Below are positions 39,199 through 52,730 of a stretch of DNA of 64,000 bases, piece by piece. Under the pieces are notes generated by a model. That model saw only the letters and a list, made by a program, of their open reading frames with translations. It was not told the DNA's origin and made no database searches. Source of the stretch: Camelus ferus (Eukaryota); contig NC_045696.1 of assembly GCF_009834535.1 (NCBI RefSeq), forward strand, positions 51,710,001-51,774,000. The letters run 5' to 3'. Positions within the stretch are counted from its first letter, which is position 1; the number at the start of each line of letters is the position of its first letter. The translations under genes and the position numbers were made by a program.

Positions 39199-40267
39199 GA
39201 TTTAAGCATGATTTTAGCACTTCACATGTTACTCTAGAGGCTACACAATAATGATCCACACAGTGAAGTCTGAGAGTGGAGGTAGAGTAATCCATAGGCA
39301 GTGCACAGGTTAAAAGTGTTTGAGCAGACACCCAAAAGGTGGTTTTCTCGGTCAGTGTCACTCGACACATATTTCTTAAGCACTTCCTGTGTGCCAGCCC
39401 CTGCGCTGAAGACGGTAGGGCTGTGGACAGAGCAGGCATGGTCAGATCCCCTCTGTGCTGATCTTCTAAAAGGAAACACCTGAAAAGCGACTCGCACAGT
39501 CCGTTCCTTGATTACGGTTGTGACGAGGTCGCAGGAAGAGAGCTCTGAGAGCTCCTGGGTCAGGGGACTTGGCCATGAGGGGTTCGTGAGAAGGCTTCCT
39601 TGAGGAAGCGGTGCCTCAACACTGGCTTTGGGGCTGGGGTTGGGTGTTTGTTGGAGCAGGGACCACAAAGTCCTAGGCTGCTTCTTCCTCATCTCCTTCC
39701 ATCCACGTGCACACATTTCAAATACTTAAAAGCATTCTTCAAATGTACTAAGAACACCAACACTAAACACAAGAAAAGGACTCTCCAGAGGAAAGGGGCC
39801 AAAAATAGAAGGAAAAAAAAAAAAACCCTAATCTCACCATTTGTTTTGAAAACACCCCAAATGATTAAAACATATTATAAACTAAAACATATGAACTAAT
39901 CACTTGCCAAGTTTCATTTTTAAATCCTAGCTGTTTTTGAGGTTCATAAACTGAAAAAGAGTCTTCAAATACGAACTTGTATTTTTCTTTTCTTGGCCCT
40001 CAGTTGGCTGGAAGCATTTGCCGTTAGGCTGCATGGAGGGAAAGGGACCCAGCTGGTCAGGAACACGTGGCTCACGTCTGCTAGAGCATCAGCTCTGCGA
40101 GACCAGGGCTTGGCATGTTCTAGTCGTTTCTCTGATACACAGAACAGTGCCTGTGATAGCAGGGGCTCAATAAACACCTGCTAATGACTCACTGAATGAA
40201 TATTCCAGGCCTGTGAAGGAATCCTCCAACTCTCTTTTCTTACCCAAAACCCTACCTTGCTTTAGAC

Positions 40268-40485
40268 TGGTGGTTCCTAACCTGGGGCAACTTCTGCCCC
40301 CACTGGAGACATTTGGCCACATCCAGAGACATTTGTAGTTGTCAAGATTGGAGAAGTCACTACTGGTCATCCAGTGGGTAGAGGCCAGGGATGCTGCTAG
40401 ACAGGCTACAATGCACAGGACAGTTCTGCACAACGAAAGTGTGTCTGGCCCCCAATCTCAACAGAGCCGAGGTTGTAAAACCCTG
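40268..40485 (+). mobile_element. MER20 hAT-Charlie DNA transposon, apparently full length
   Basis: tggtggttcctaacctggggc...catccagtgggtagaggccagggatgctgctagaca...gccgaggttgtaaaaccctg. 8-bp TSD ctttagac (40260-40267) / ctttaggc (40486-40493). Confidence 0.9.
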
Positions 40486-43400
40486 CTTTAGGCCCTTTTT
40501 TCCATTGAGCTATACCTGGGAGTATGGTTCTCCATCTATTAGGGGGAAGCTCAGTCCTAGAGGAAGCAGCCAGAAGAGCCCCCTTGCCTCATTCTCATTC
40601 CATTCATGACCCAATAGAACCATCCCCACCTGAAGGCCTTTTGGGCCCACTGGGTCAACACGCAGTTGCTGGGAGAACCACCTGCAAAAGTCTGTCTCTA
40701 CAATGGCAGGGAATAACTGTAAAGTGTATCAGTAATTTCCCTGAGCTTACCTAAGAATATATCCGATTGTAAATACAATTAGCTTGTTCAGAGATTAGTC
40801 ACATAAGACAAAGGAATGCTCTCCCCTAATTCAAACAGTTTATCCATGTCTAGTCAGGATCTGCACACCAGTCTAGCTTTATAATAAATAAGATCAACAT
40901 GAAGAATCCACTAAAACCCAATAATGTGCCTGTAGAGAACCTGGGTTTATAGCATCTCCCCTGCTCCCTTATTTGCCCCACACATTAGGAAAGGAGGCTC
41001 TGATTCTGGTTTCAGTGGGGAAACTTCTGTGGTGCCAGAGGAGCGCGTGTACTGATTTTCCCACGATGATGGTTGCTCCAGTAATCTTGGTATTGTGGCA
41101 CGTGCCCCAGTTACCATAGAGACTGCATACACTGACGGTGTAGCATTATGATTGGTGGGGAAGATACATTTTGCAGAAGCTTTTTGGAGGGATAAAGATA
41201 AGACATGAGGAAGAAAGTGAGACTGCCAATAAAGAGGCACAGCAAAGAGAAGTCCCTGATGATCACAGACTGGAGAAAATTCGGAACAACAGAGATTACA
41301 ACCACTATTATAAAACCATCATAAACTGTCCCCCAAAGGCTGTCTCTGTCAGGAAAATTTCAAATATGAGGAGAAAGAACTGATATAAAATATTCTAAAA
41401 AAAAAAAAAGTAAATAAATAAACCTACCAAGGTATAGAGGTGACAAACACGGTATGGCAAGAAAACATTTTTAAGTGATTCAAGCCAAGGAATAAAAGGG
41501 AATCTCAGAGAAAAGTAAAACTGAAAGTTTCATTCCTGTAGGGTGGCTGACTTACAGAAAGGCTGGTCGTCAAGGAGTAACTTAAGTTTACGTTTCCTTC
41601 CCCCCAATAGAAAGAAAAGGAATAAAGATGATTTCCCTCTAATTTTTTAACAAGGGTCTCCTTAAATATCCCAATGGTTTGATGTTACAACAGTTGAATA
41701 CTATGCATGCCTGTCGAAGAAAATCTGACAAAAACTCAGCAAATACATAAATTAGGGAACATTGTTCACAAGGCGAATAGGCTCATTCCACAGATTCTGA
41801 AAATAAAGAGAGCTTAGAGTGCACTGACAGTGTGTTCTCATGTACACACCACTTCTCTGCATAAAATTTTGAGGTATATAGAGTTTTTACAGAGATCAAG
41901 GCATGTCTGCAATGTAAAGGGTCCAGGTGTTGACTTACAGCTATTTTTAAATAGAAAGGAAAGCTGGAGATAGGATGTAGGTTGGTGTATGGGATGGGTG
42001 GGAGTGAATTTAAGAGAAAACTGGTAGGGAAGTGTCAGATAAGTGCTTATAAGTTCCTTGATGTTCAGGTCAATGTCTGATAATGTTTTATTTCACATAC
42101 TTCAGTCTAATGTAGCCACTGCCTACTGGAAATCCCTGTCTCCCAATTTTACTTATTATCAATATGTTAATATCTCTCAAATCTACATCGTGAACAATTA
42201 GTTCTCTCCTGACCTCTAACCCTCTGTCAAATGACCTACTGGACAATCCCAATTAGATACTGCAACAACGTCCAAAGCCGAATCCTCTTCTCCTTCACAG
42301 TTTCTCTTCTTCCCGTGTTCCCTGTGTGAGCAAACAGCATCGACACTCACCCACCTGCCCAAGTCCCGTACCTGGGAGTCATCTGCTGCTTCTTCACCAC
42401 CCCTCAAATCATCACCAGATTTGTAATTCTAATGTAATTTCTTTTAATAACTGAAGGAGGCTTTTGTGCATAGAAAGCAATATTTACAGTTAATTGGGTT
42501 TTAAACTATTATGTGTGTGCACGTGTGTACCTATCTATATGCACATGTATTATTACATTTATTAATCTAATAATTTCTGTATAAAAGAAGAAAAATTGCT
42601 TTCAGGAAGGGTAAGATTACTAGGTAGAAAAATTGGGACCTCCAACCATTTCCACTGTTAGTCAGGGGGCTGGAAGAATGAGAGTTAGCGTCTGATCTGA
42701 GAGCACCTTCCAGAATGATGCTTTGGGGTCACCACTGAACACACTGAATATTTTTACAGTGACTATAACAATGAGAGATTCTAAGTCTATATCCCACAAG
42801 GGGAATTGTATAACTCAAGTCCTCTGTGTTCAAGTTCCACTCTTACCTAATTCTTTCATAATCACCTTCTACTTTATAGCCTGATAAAAGTAGACAGTAT
42901 TTTGTTTTCCTCAACAACCAGGTTTCCTAATTCCAGCAACCTTTTACTTACTGATGTCTCTCACATATCTAGGTCTCTTGTTCCCATTGCACCACAGTAG
43001 CTTAGGCTTCCATTATCTGTCACTTGCAATATAGTAACAGTCCATTGTACTTTGGTCTCTTCTTTCTGAGCCTTTGCACATGTCACTATCCATGTCTAGA
43101 ACACCCATATTCCCTGATAAACATTTACCAAATGAAAAAAATATCAAATGCTTTAGATGTTGCTGCTTTGGGTGCTGAACAGAAATAGTGGCCTATCTAA
43201 TATTCTGGATAGACCTGCACAAAGTGCTCTTACTTTCAAAATTAATTTTGAAGAATCTGAAAATTTTGCCATGGAGAATCATGGGGCCCAAGCTACAATA
43301 TTAAGTTTTGCATCTAATAAAAGCACCTGCAAACTCAGGGAAAGAAGCACTCATTCTTTCTTCAGTTTATCCAGCAAATATTTACTGAACACCCTTTATA

Positions 43401-45167
43401 TACCAGGGAGTGTTCTAGACATTGAGGATATCTTAGAGTACCAAACAAAGAAAATAACCACAAAACCAAGATACAAGACCCTGCAATTATGGGGCTTATA
43501 TTCCATGACAGGGGAAAATAAATTTGTAAATAAAACTTTTATCTGAAGGGAATAATTGCTATGAAGAAAAATGAAGTAAAGGAGGGGGGTACAATTTTAA
43601 ATATGGTGCTTATGAAAGGCCTTCCTTAGACGTGAAAGCTGATCAAAGACCTGAAGATGGTGAGCAAACAAACCTTATCTAAAGAAGCATTGCAGGTAGT
43701 GAGGAAAGCATGTGCAAAGGTCCTGGGGATGAAATCATGTAATGTAGGTGAGGAAAGCAAGGAAGCCATGAAGAGGAGCTTGAGAGGAGTGGAGTGAGTG
43801 AGGAATCAAGTGCTAAATGAGGACACAGACTAGAGGAAACTGAATGTGTAGGGCCTTGTAGACTACTTGTAGAGGCTTTGGCTTCTCCTCTGAGTAGATA
43901 GAGAGCCATAAGAAAGTTCTGAGAAGAGGAGAGATATGGTCTGACTTGAATTACATTACGTGCATTACAAAGAATCATTCTGGCTACCATTTTAAAGATA
44001 GACTGCTCGAGAATAGACGCAAGGCCAGAAACAGGGAAGATAATTAGGAGGCTATTGCAGTCATCCAGGTAAGAGATAATAGTAGCTTGAATCAGGAGAG
44101 TAGCAGTGGTGAGGGTGAGAAGTGGTAAGATTCTGCATGTGTTTTGAAGGCAGGACTGCAGAATTTGTTGATAGTTTGGATTTGTTGATAGGTTGAAGAG
44201 AGAAATAAATTTTTGACCTGAGCAGCTATAAGGATGGACGCATTATTTACTGAGGTGGGAAAGAAGGCATATTTGTTAGGTAAAATAAGGAATTCCATTT
44301 GGGGATGTTATGTTTGTGACGCTCATTAGAATTCAGTAGGTAATTGAATATGTGAGCCTAGAATTTGGGGTAAAGGCCTGGACTACAGATACAAGCTTGA
44401 ACCATAAGCTTGGGTATGAATATTAAGGGAGTGAACAGAGATTAAAAAAAAGAGGTTCAAGGACTGAGCCGTAGGACCCTCTTGTGTTGACATGTTGGGG
44501 AAATGAGAATGTATCAGCCAAGAAGACTGAGAAGGAATGACCTGTGAGGTAGGAAAAAAATCAGGTGAGTGTAGGGGACTGAAAGCTAAATGAAGAATCT
44601 GTTTTAATGGCTGAAGAATAATGAGCCATGTAAACAATGCCAAGAGATCAGGAACAACTGTGAATTGGTTAATGGATTAACAACATGGAAGTCATCGATG
44701 ATCTTAGTGTGAACTGCATTATCACATTGGTGGGTGCAAAAGCTAATTAGAGAAGGATCAAGAGAGAATTAGAGGACAGGGTTGGAGAGTGTCTGTAGTG
44801 AGTACAGTGATACTACTTGAGAAATTTTACTATAGTGGGAATCAAAGAAAGAGACCGTAGCTTGCAGGGAGTATGGGGTCAGAAGAGAGTACTTTTTTAG
44901 GATAAGAGAAATCACAACATTCTTGTGTGCTCATTGGAAAGATGTTGGTAGATAAGGAACACTGATCAAGGAAGAGAAAGAAGGGAGCTTTTTCAGGACC
45001 ATGTTTGAGTGTGTGAGGGGGCGGGATCTGATGTACAACAAGGGGGAGGCTGAACAGGAGTGTGTAGTTTATCCACAGTTATGGGAGAGAAAGCAGGGTA
45101 TGTGGGCACAATGCAGATGGGACAGTAGGTGTGCTAGAGAGTGAGTGTTTGTGCAAGTACTTTTTTG

Positions 45168-45462
45168 ATTGCTTCTATTTTCTCAGTGAAGTAGGAAGGA
45201 GGGTCTTAAGTTGAGAGTAAGGATGGGGAAGGAGGTGATGGATGTTTGAGAGAGGGAAAGATATGAAATATTCTTGTAGTGACATGGGAACATGAATGGA
45301 CAGGGAAGTGTAATTGCTTCTATTTTCTCAGTGAAGTAGGAAGGAGGGTCTTAAGTTGAGAGTAAGGATGGGGAAGGAGGTGATGGATGTTTGAGAGAGG
45401 GAAAGATATGAAATATTCTTGTAGTGACATGGGAACATGAATGGACAGGGAAGTGTAATTGC
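45168..45462. repeat. Perfect 145-bp tandem duplication with 5-bp ATTGC microhomology
   Basis: 45168-45312 is identical to 45313-45457; ATTGC occurs at 45168, 45313 and 45458. Confidence 0.95.
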
Positions 45463-45878
45463 AGGGCAGCACGAAGAGCCTCTCTGAGGGATCATGAGTT
45501 TACAGCGAGAGTCACCAGTTTACCTGCGTGTTTTCCTCCAGCCACACTCAGCTGGCATGCAGGCTATAGAGGGGAGTTGTGTATGATCACCAGAATTGAG
45601 ATTTGTTAGGAGAGGACAATGAAGAAAGAGAAGCTCTAAGGAGTTAAGAGTGTTTGCAAGGAAGTGATTAAAATCATTGTCCATGGAATCTAAGCCATAT
45701 AAACAAGGGAGAATATGAGGGGCTATGGGTAGAATTGATGAATTAGAGGCCCTACTAGGCTTCAGGAACTGTTTTAACAGAGGGAACTGTGGGATTGGGC
45801 TGCAAGAATATTAGGTAGTTGGTTGGAGCATGGGATGCTTGAAACTGAGATTTGGAAAAGTGTCAATTATTAGTAAAT

Positions 45879-46689
45879 AAAAGGTGAACCCTCCTACATT
45901 GCTGGTGGGAATGCAGTTTGGTGCAGCTATTATGGAAAACATTATGGAGATTCCTCAAAAGACTAAAAATAGACTTCCCATATGATCCAGCAATCCCACT
46001 CCTAGGCATCTATCCAGAGGGAACCTTAATTCAAAGAGACACATGCACACCAATATTCACAGCAGCACCATTTACAATAGCCAAGACATGGAAACAACCT
46101 AAATGTCCATTGACAGATGACTGGATAAAGAAGCTGTGGTATATTTATACAATGGAATACTACTCAGCCATAAAAAATAATAAAAATGCCATTTGCAGCA
46201 ACATGGATGGACCTGGAGATTGTCATTCTAAGTGAAATAAGCCAGAAAGAGAAAGAAAAATACCATATGATATCACTTATATGTGGAATTAAAAAAAAAG
46301 GTAAACAAACTTATTTGCAAAACAGAAAACAGTCTCTCAGACATAGAGAACAAACTTGTGGTTACTAGGAGGGAGGAGGGGGGAGGGGATAAATTGAGAG
46401 TTAGAGATTTGCAGATACTAACTGATATATATAGAATAGATAAACAACAAGTTCATGCTGTATAGCACAGAGGACTATATTTGATATCTAGTAGTAATTT
46501 ATTGTGAAAAAGAGTATGAAAATGAATATATGTATGCTCATATATAACTGAAGCATTGTGCTGTACACCAGAAATTGACACAACACTGTAAACTGACTAT
46601 ACTTCAATAAAAAGATATATATATATATATACACACACTGTAATTAAAACAAAAGAAAATAAAACAACAACAAAAACAAACAAAAAAGT
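45879..46689 (+). mobile_element. 5'-truncated young L1: ORF2 C-terminus, 3' UTR and A-rich tail
   Basis: ORF 45918-46235 reads [28 protein letters not shown]...KCPLTDDWIKKLWYIYTMEYYSAIK, then frameshifts into MPFAATWMDLEIVILSEISQKEK, the canonical L1 ORF2p end. Confidence 0.95.
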
Positions 46690-49339
46690 ATAACCGGCGG
46701 GACTGGGTAGCTATGGTAGTAAGAAGGACAGATCATGAGAGAATCAGGTAATTGAGAAACAAGGTATTGGAAGGAAGATACATTTAGACACTGAAATGTC
46801 CTAGAATAATGATGAGGTAGAAGTGAAGAGTGTTAGTGAGCCAGTGGCTAATATCTTCAAGAAATTGGGGGTGCCAACCAGAGGTTTCGTTGATCACTGC
46901 ACTGAGAAGGGGTATGGGGACAGTGAACTGTCCCTACTCCCTCCCCAGCTTCCCCCTGTCCCTCTCTCTCTCCCCATCTTCTCAGCTTCTGTGACTGGCA
47001 TTGGCAAACTTTTAACTTTTGAAACTAACTAGGTATAAATCACCTGCGACTTCCCTTTGTCCTTTCTCTTCAAATTATCTCTAAGTCTTAAGAATTTCCA
47101 CTTTCAAATATCTACTCTCCTTTCTCCCCATTTTGGGCCATCACTACTCTTGCCAGTCACTCTTTTTTTCTGTAACTCAGTTTAATGTTCGTTATGGCAC
47201 TAGTAACTCTATGAAATTACCTGGTTCATTTATTTGTTCTCTTTTTGTTGGAGGGAGGTTCTGTTTTCCCTCATTAGGATGTAAGTTCCAGAAGGGAAAA
47301 AAACCTTGATGATTTTGTGCCTGAAACATAATATTCCTCTCAATAAGTATTTCTAGAATGAATTAATGAATGGCTGCTTGAAACATGCTGATGAATCCTA
47401 ATTTTCTCAGTTTCATACACTGGCATAACTTATCCTACCTGTTTCTAACCATCCATTTCACCAAGAAAGGGCATTTTACTGCTCCCCCCAAATGTCCTGT
47501 TAATTTCCATCCTGGGGATCTCATCATATTTGTCTCCCGTTTTTAGTGTCAGTCCCCCACACACCAAGTCTTCAAGGTTCAGCTTGGGTCTCATCTCCTG
47601 GATGGTTTTCCCATGATTACTCGGAGACCTGCTGACTTCTCGCTTCCCAAGAATCCCATGCCTAATAATATCAGCTGCCTTATATTTTCTAACTGTTTAA
47701 GGACTGTTAATCTTTTCACTTTGAACATAGGTTTTTTTCTGGCTCTGGGATCCTGACTTACATCTATGGTGTACTCCATAATAATTGACATAATTGAGGA
47801 CAGATAATGGTTGTTCCAAAAAATACCACAACTTCATTGGATGGGTTCATTGACTTCTGTCTTCCTCAACAATTTGACAAACTTGACCGTCTTTCTCACC
47901 TTTCATTCTACTTTTCGCTACATCTTACCACCATTCTTCCTACTGTATCAACACTGTCTTCAGGACCATGCCCTCTGTCTACCACCCAGAGTTCTACACC
48001 CTTGCATTGCACTTTCCGTAATGAAATCATTGTCTTTGCCATTATTGTTCCAGGTGTTTCTTGGCAATTTTAGTATATTCAGGACATAGCTGCCAAGATC
48101 ATCTTTCTTCTTGGTTGATTTGATTCTTTCCTTAAAAAATTCTTGCAGTTCTTTTTTAAAAATCAAACTTCACGTATCCCCTAGGGATTTATTTTTCCTT
48201 GGCTCCATCCTTGGCCTGGTTCTTCTCTACTTTCTCTAACTGTGTTCACTCCCTGCTTCTCACTCAATTTGCCCTTTGTCTCATTTGAGGGATCAGTTTT
48301 CACACCTTCCTTCAAACCACCCTGTATATTTAGAATCGTTTCTCAAATAATATAAAATTTATAATATTTATGAATAAGTGACACAATGCCAAGATATTCT
48401 GTCTCTTCTTTCAAATAACATCTGAAGATGCACCTGCACCACTGAGTTCTATATTTAAGGTATTGAATAAGTATCATTCATCCATCTGCTTTCATTCTGT
48501 CTTGCATTTTTCAGGACCTGCTTACAAGTTGTATTGTGAGGTCTTCGGGGGTGGGGGCTGTCTGACATAGTTCACAAACTGGCCTTTGCTCTGTACATCA
48601 CTGCTTCTTTGACAAATAGTAAATAATAATAGCCCATTGTGCTTTTTTACATTCCACTCAGAAGTCCCTGAAAAAAGGAAAACTAATAACCAGGGATTAT
48701 AATAGAAACACTGAAACAAAACTAACCTCTTACCAGGTTTTGCTACAGTAACACAGACTTCTATCAACCTAAATTCTAATAAATAATTACCTACTTAAGT
48801 CATTTGTAAATTGTTCCTTTGCCAACATTTTGTATCATATCAAATGCCTGTGTGATTTTTAGGACAGGGAAAAACAACTAGAACATTACAGCTATGTGGG
48901 GGATCAGAGCAAAAGCGGCAAAATAAGAGGTTTACTCTGCTGGGTGCACAGTTTGTAAGAATTAGTCTCACAAGTAGAACTACTTGACAGAATATATGCC
49001 TGCTCTCCAGTTCCCCTTCTCCCCTCCCTTTCTCTTAGCCACTCCAGGTCTCTTCTCAATAATGGAAGACTTTCTTTCTTTCTTTTTCTTCTTCTTCTTC
49101 TTCTTTTTTTTTTAATTCCAGGTGGGAAGGGTATCATTTTGTATAAGAAAATCTGCTTTTCCTGTGAACGTGACAAGTGTTCTGATTGAAGCTGCCCTAT
49201 GAAAACGGCAGTATGTCTAATGGAGGAGGAGGGGACAGGGAATAGGGGCAGTGCCTCCATATTTATCCACAGATGAGCCACATTTAAACTTCAGTTTTCA
49301 AATGAAGATGAAAATATTACCATTGCCTTGTTACTGCAG

Positions 49340-49358
49340 TGGCCACTAGATGGCAGGT
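49340..49358 (+). promoter_or_regulatory. CTCF-binding motif
   Basis: TGGCCACTAGATGGCAGGT matches the CCASYAGRKGGCRS core. Confidence 0.6.
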
Positions 49359-51254
49359 CCAAAAATCGGACTGGAGCCTCACAGGAGGGCAATTCTTAAA
49401 AGGGAGGTAGAATACTTCTGGCAGTAAATCCAGCCTTGGTTTATCAATAAACCTCTGTTATTCGCCAAAACATTGGGTGGATAAGATAATACCCACACTA
49501 CTTGGCAGAGCTGCAGTGAGAAGGAAGCCCTTTGAGGTCTAGCTTTGTAGAGCATTGTCACCAAACACTCCCACATCCAGATACAGCTAGACCTTCAGAC
49601 TTCTATTAACAGACACTCTAGATCTGGTTTTCATAAATCTTCAGTTGTATTTCATTACCTAGTGGTCTTTACAATACCTTAATACAGTCCCAGGGGTATA
49701 AAAAGTAGTTGTCTAATCTGCTTTTGTGAGAACACATGGAAAAGACTGTCAAACAGGCTGGGGTATGCATAGCTGTACTCTGTACCACTTAGCAATACAC
49801 ATTTACCAGTAATTCCAATGTAGTGTTTTATATCTCTATCTCTATATGTTATCGCTATGTCTACCTCTATCTGTCTATATTTCCTATACCAGAGGCTGAC
49901 CATATATTCATGTAAATTATTTTAGAGAAGAGAATGTTTGCATATAAAAGACCTATTATTTAATAGAAAAAAATAATTAAGTCCCATGATTGAAAATGAC
50001 ATGAGGAAATTTAGAACAAATTCTTTGTTGTACCCAGTGTCATTCCCATTTTCTTGCACTGAGATGGAAGACTTCTAGAAGTGGATCTTATGAGACTATA
50101 AAATAAGTCATTCTTAGGCCAATTATTCTGAAGATAGATTATAGTTCTCCCTTTATGATTTTTTTTCTTTTTTCTTTTGCTTACTGGATTATCCTGATAT
50201 AAGTGATTTGATAGCATGGACATTGAGTACTTTTCTTTATCTTTTAGTCAAAGAACTGACCTTATGATTTTTAAAAGTAAAGACTCACAAGTTCTAAGAT
50301 AAGTTATCATTCTCACTTGAGAAAGTATGTTCTAAAATCAAATTTATTTTTGTAAAAAAGCTGTGACATGCTTTTGATATACATTTAAGAATCCATGCCA
50401 ATTAAAATTTTGTAACAATGAAAGCAAAATAAACTCAATTGAAGCCATACAACTCACTTATCATTCACCTTCTGTTCCCTCCTTTAAAATTTCGGTAAGA
50501 GAATAACAGTAAACATGTTGATTTCATCTACCTTTGCTCTGTATATTTGGATGGTTAAATGTTTACATGAGACATGAGAAGAAGAGGTCATATACACTGG
50601 TCCTCAGAATAAGAAACAAGGCTTTTTCTTTTTCATAAGGAATAAATATGGACTATACTGATTACCATAGAAGAAATTTTACAACAGCATTAGCTGACTT
50701 CCTTTAGTTTAGCAGCAGAACTTAAAATATGATGACAGAAACAATTTTTGATGGAGTGCCATGGTTACTTCCACATAATTGTGGTGAATGGAATTTAACC
50801 CCCTCTGCTCCCCCTGCCTCCCTCACAGAAGCCGGGACCTGGGGTCCGACCTGGCCGTGACAGCACCGCACTGAGTGAGGTTCAGAGGGCGTGGCCTCCC
50901 TGGGCTCCTCCTCCTCACCTCCGAAATGAGGTCTTAAGGAGAAAGTCCGTGATCCTTCTCTGCCTTAATGTTCCATACCCAGTGAAGTAAATTAGTATGT
51001 ATTGCAGATTTTTTCTTCTCAAAAATAGACTAATTTTCTCAGGAGAATCATGTTGTTAAGGAGCCTGTACTGAAAGCTAACATGTCTCAACTATCACTGT
51101 GGATCCGACTCATGGCAGGGAAGCCGGAATTGATTATACTTTCAACTTCTCCTTTTCCCATTCTGCATGACCTTTCCTCAGGCTCCCCCATTGTCTATAA
51201 GTCAATATCCTACCTCAGAGGCCCTCCCTGACCCCTAGGCGGTCACTAGCTAAT

Positions 51255-51622
51255 TATTCCAAAAACTCTTCACTTTTCCTCTTGGACACAAAGCCAAACT
51301 CCATTTACCAGCCCTCCCTGCAGGCAGCTACATCCTTGTGGCCAAATTCTGGCCAGTGGGAGGTCGACAGAAGGGACATGTACTGCTCTAGGGCTAACCC
51401 CCACAAATTCCTTTGCAATTATTGCTGTCTCCCTTCACCAGTCCTCTGGCTGGATGTCATATCCATGGTGACCTCAGAAGCTCTGTGCTGAAGATGACAG
51501 AGCTGTGGCCACCCTGGATCCCTGACTAGTCTTTACATGAGCAAAAGATAAACTTTCATATCAAGCCACTGAGATTTGGAGTTTTATGTATTATAGAAAC
51601 TAATATTACCTTAGCTAAGACA
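51255..51622 (+). mobile_element. Old ERVL-MaLR/ERVL LTR (MLT1H/J-like)
   Basis: gtggccaaattctggccagtggga...gaagatgacagagc...catgagcaaaagataaactttcat...aagccactgagatttggag...ctaagaca. Confidence 0.65.
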
Positions 51623-52199
51623 CCTTCTAAACCAGAGATTGGCTCTCTTTCCAAGACATTTTATTTACATCTCTTTGATCATGTTTTCACCTTGTAATGA
51701 ATTCTTCACTGATCTGTAAGATCTTGGAGGACAGTATGTGTTTTATTCATTTTCTCATCCTCCATAGAACTCTAGATAGTTGAGTAAATGATTAATAGAA
51801 CATGGCTAGTTTGGGAATTATACGAGGTGGTAAAAGAAGTTTTGATTAAAAAACCCCAAAACCTAGTTTTTTTTGTTGTCCTGTTTAGGTGGAAGGTGGG
51901 GTGATGAGTTTTTTTCAGAGTCAAAGTATTATTGTGACAACCATAGCCTTTTAATATATTTTGTGTACTGCCTTCCTAATAACCAAGCTCTCATAATAAA
52001 ATGCAACTTAAATGGTTTGAAAGATTAAAGCACTACCAAAGAGGGAGATAGATGAATAGATAAACTGAGAAATATGAGAACTAAGGGATTAAAAAATGTC
52101 TTGAGTTACATGGGGGTTCTTCTAGCCCCACCACTTAGGAAATTATAACTGTATTATCTCAAGTAGATCACTGCACTTTTGGTACCTTATTCTTAGTGT

Positions 52200-52730
52200 T
52201 AGGACTGACTTCTTTTGAGCCAAATTCCTTGGACATTTTCTGTTTTATTTTTAGTTGATCTCACCACAGCCCCTCCTTGAGACACTTCACCCTTGGTTTC
52301 CTCAATACTGGCTGGATTTTCTCATTCTCTGTCTCTGACTGTCCTCCCTCTTCTTTTCTTTGGCTCGCTTTCTTGTCCACTAGAATTTCCTAGTATTCTG
52401 CTCTGGATTTTCCCCTCACAACTTGCCCTTGAGTCATCTCATCCAGTCTCATGGTTTCACCTACCGCTTCCTTGCAAATAACTCCAGATATTTCCAGCCC
52501 AGCACTTTCTCTGGAGCTTCAGACTCACACTGTCTATGGTCTTCTGGACATTTTAAGACGATCTAAACATCTTGCAGCAACCTTAAGCACAAGTCCCAAA
52601 ACAAAAGCATTATCTGCCCTTTCTTGGCAAACCTCTTCTTCCTCCTCCTGGGTTCCATCTCTTGGTGGATGGCACCAAGTTAGGCACACTAAATTCTCCT
52701 CACTCTTCTCTGTACCTTATCTAAATTAGT
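52200..52730 (+). mobile_element. L2 LINE fragment
   Basis: ccctccttgagacacttc...actccagatatttccagcccagcactttctctggagcttcagactcac. Confidence 0.6.

Larger units (their letters stand above)
43345..46920 (-). mobile_element. Long L2 LINE (about 2.7 kb), interrupted by an L1 and a 145-bp duplication
   Basis: Starts with the reverse L2 tail (ccagcaaatatttactgaacacc...gtgttctagac) and continues with purine-rich L2 text (ggaggctattgcagtcatccaggtaagagataat, ggactgagccgtaggacc). Confidence 0.8.

Noticed and set aside
45918..46465. ORFs with real protein similarity
   Set aside because: They are the frameshifted C-terminus of L1 ORF2p in a 5'-truncated copy, not a host gene.
47800..48130. Overlapping ORFs with unusual composition, possibly an ancient RTE/CR1 remnant
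   Set aside because: I could not read any diagnostic motif in any frame.
49122..49210. Plus-strand exon candidate after a long pyrimidine tract
   Set aside because: Stops in all three frames, and the tract is a simple repeat; no other support.
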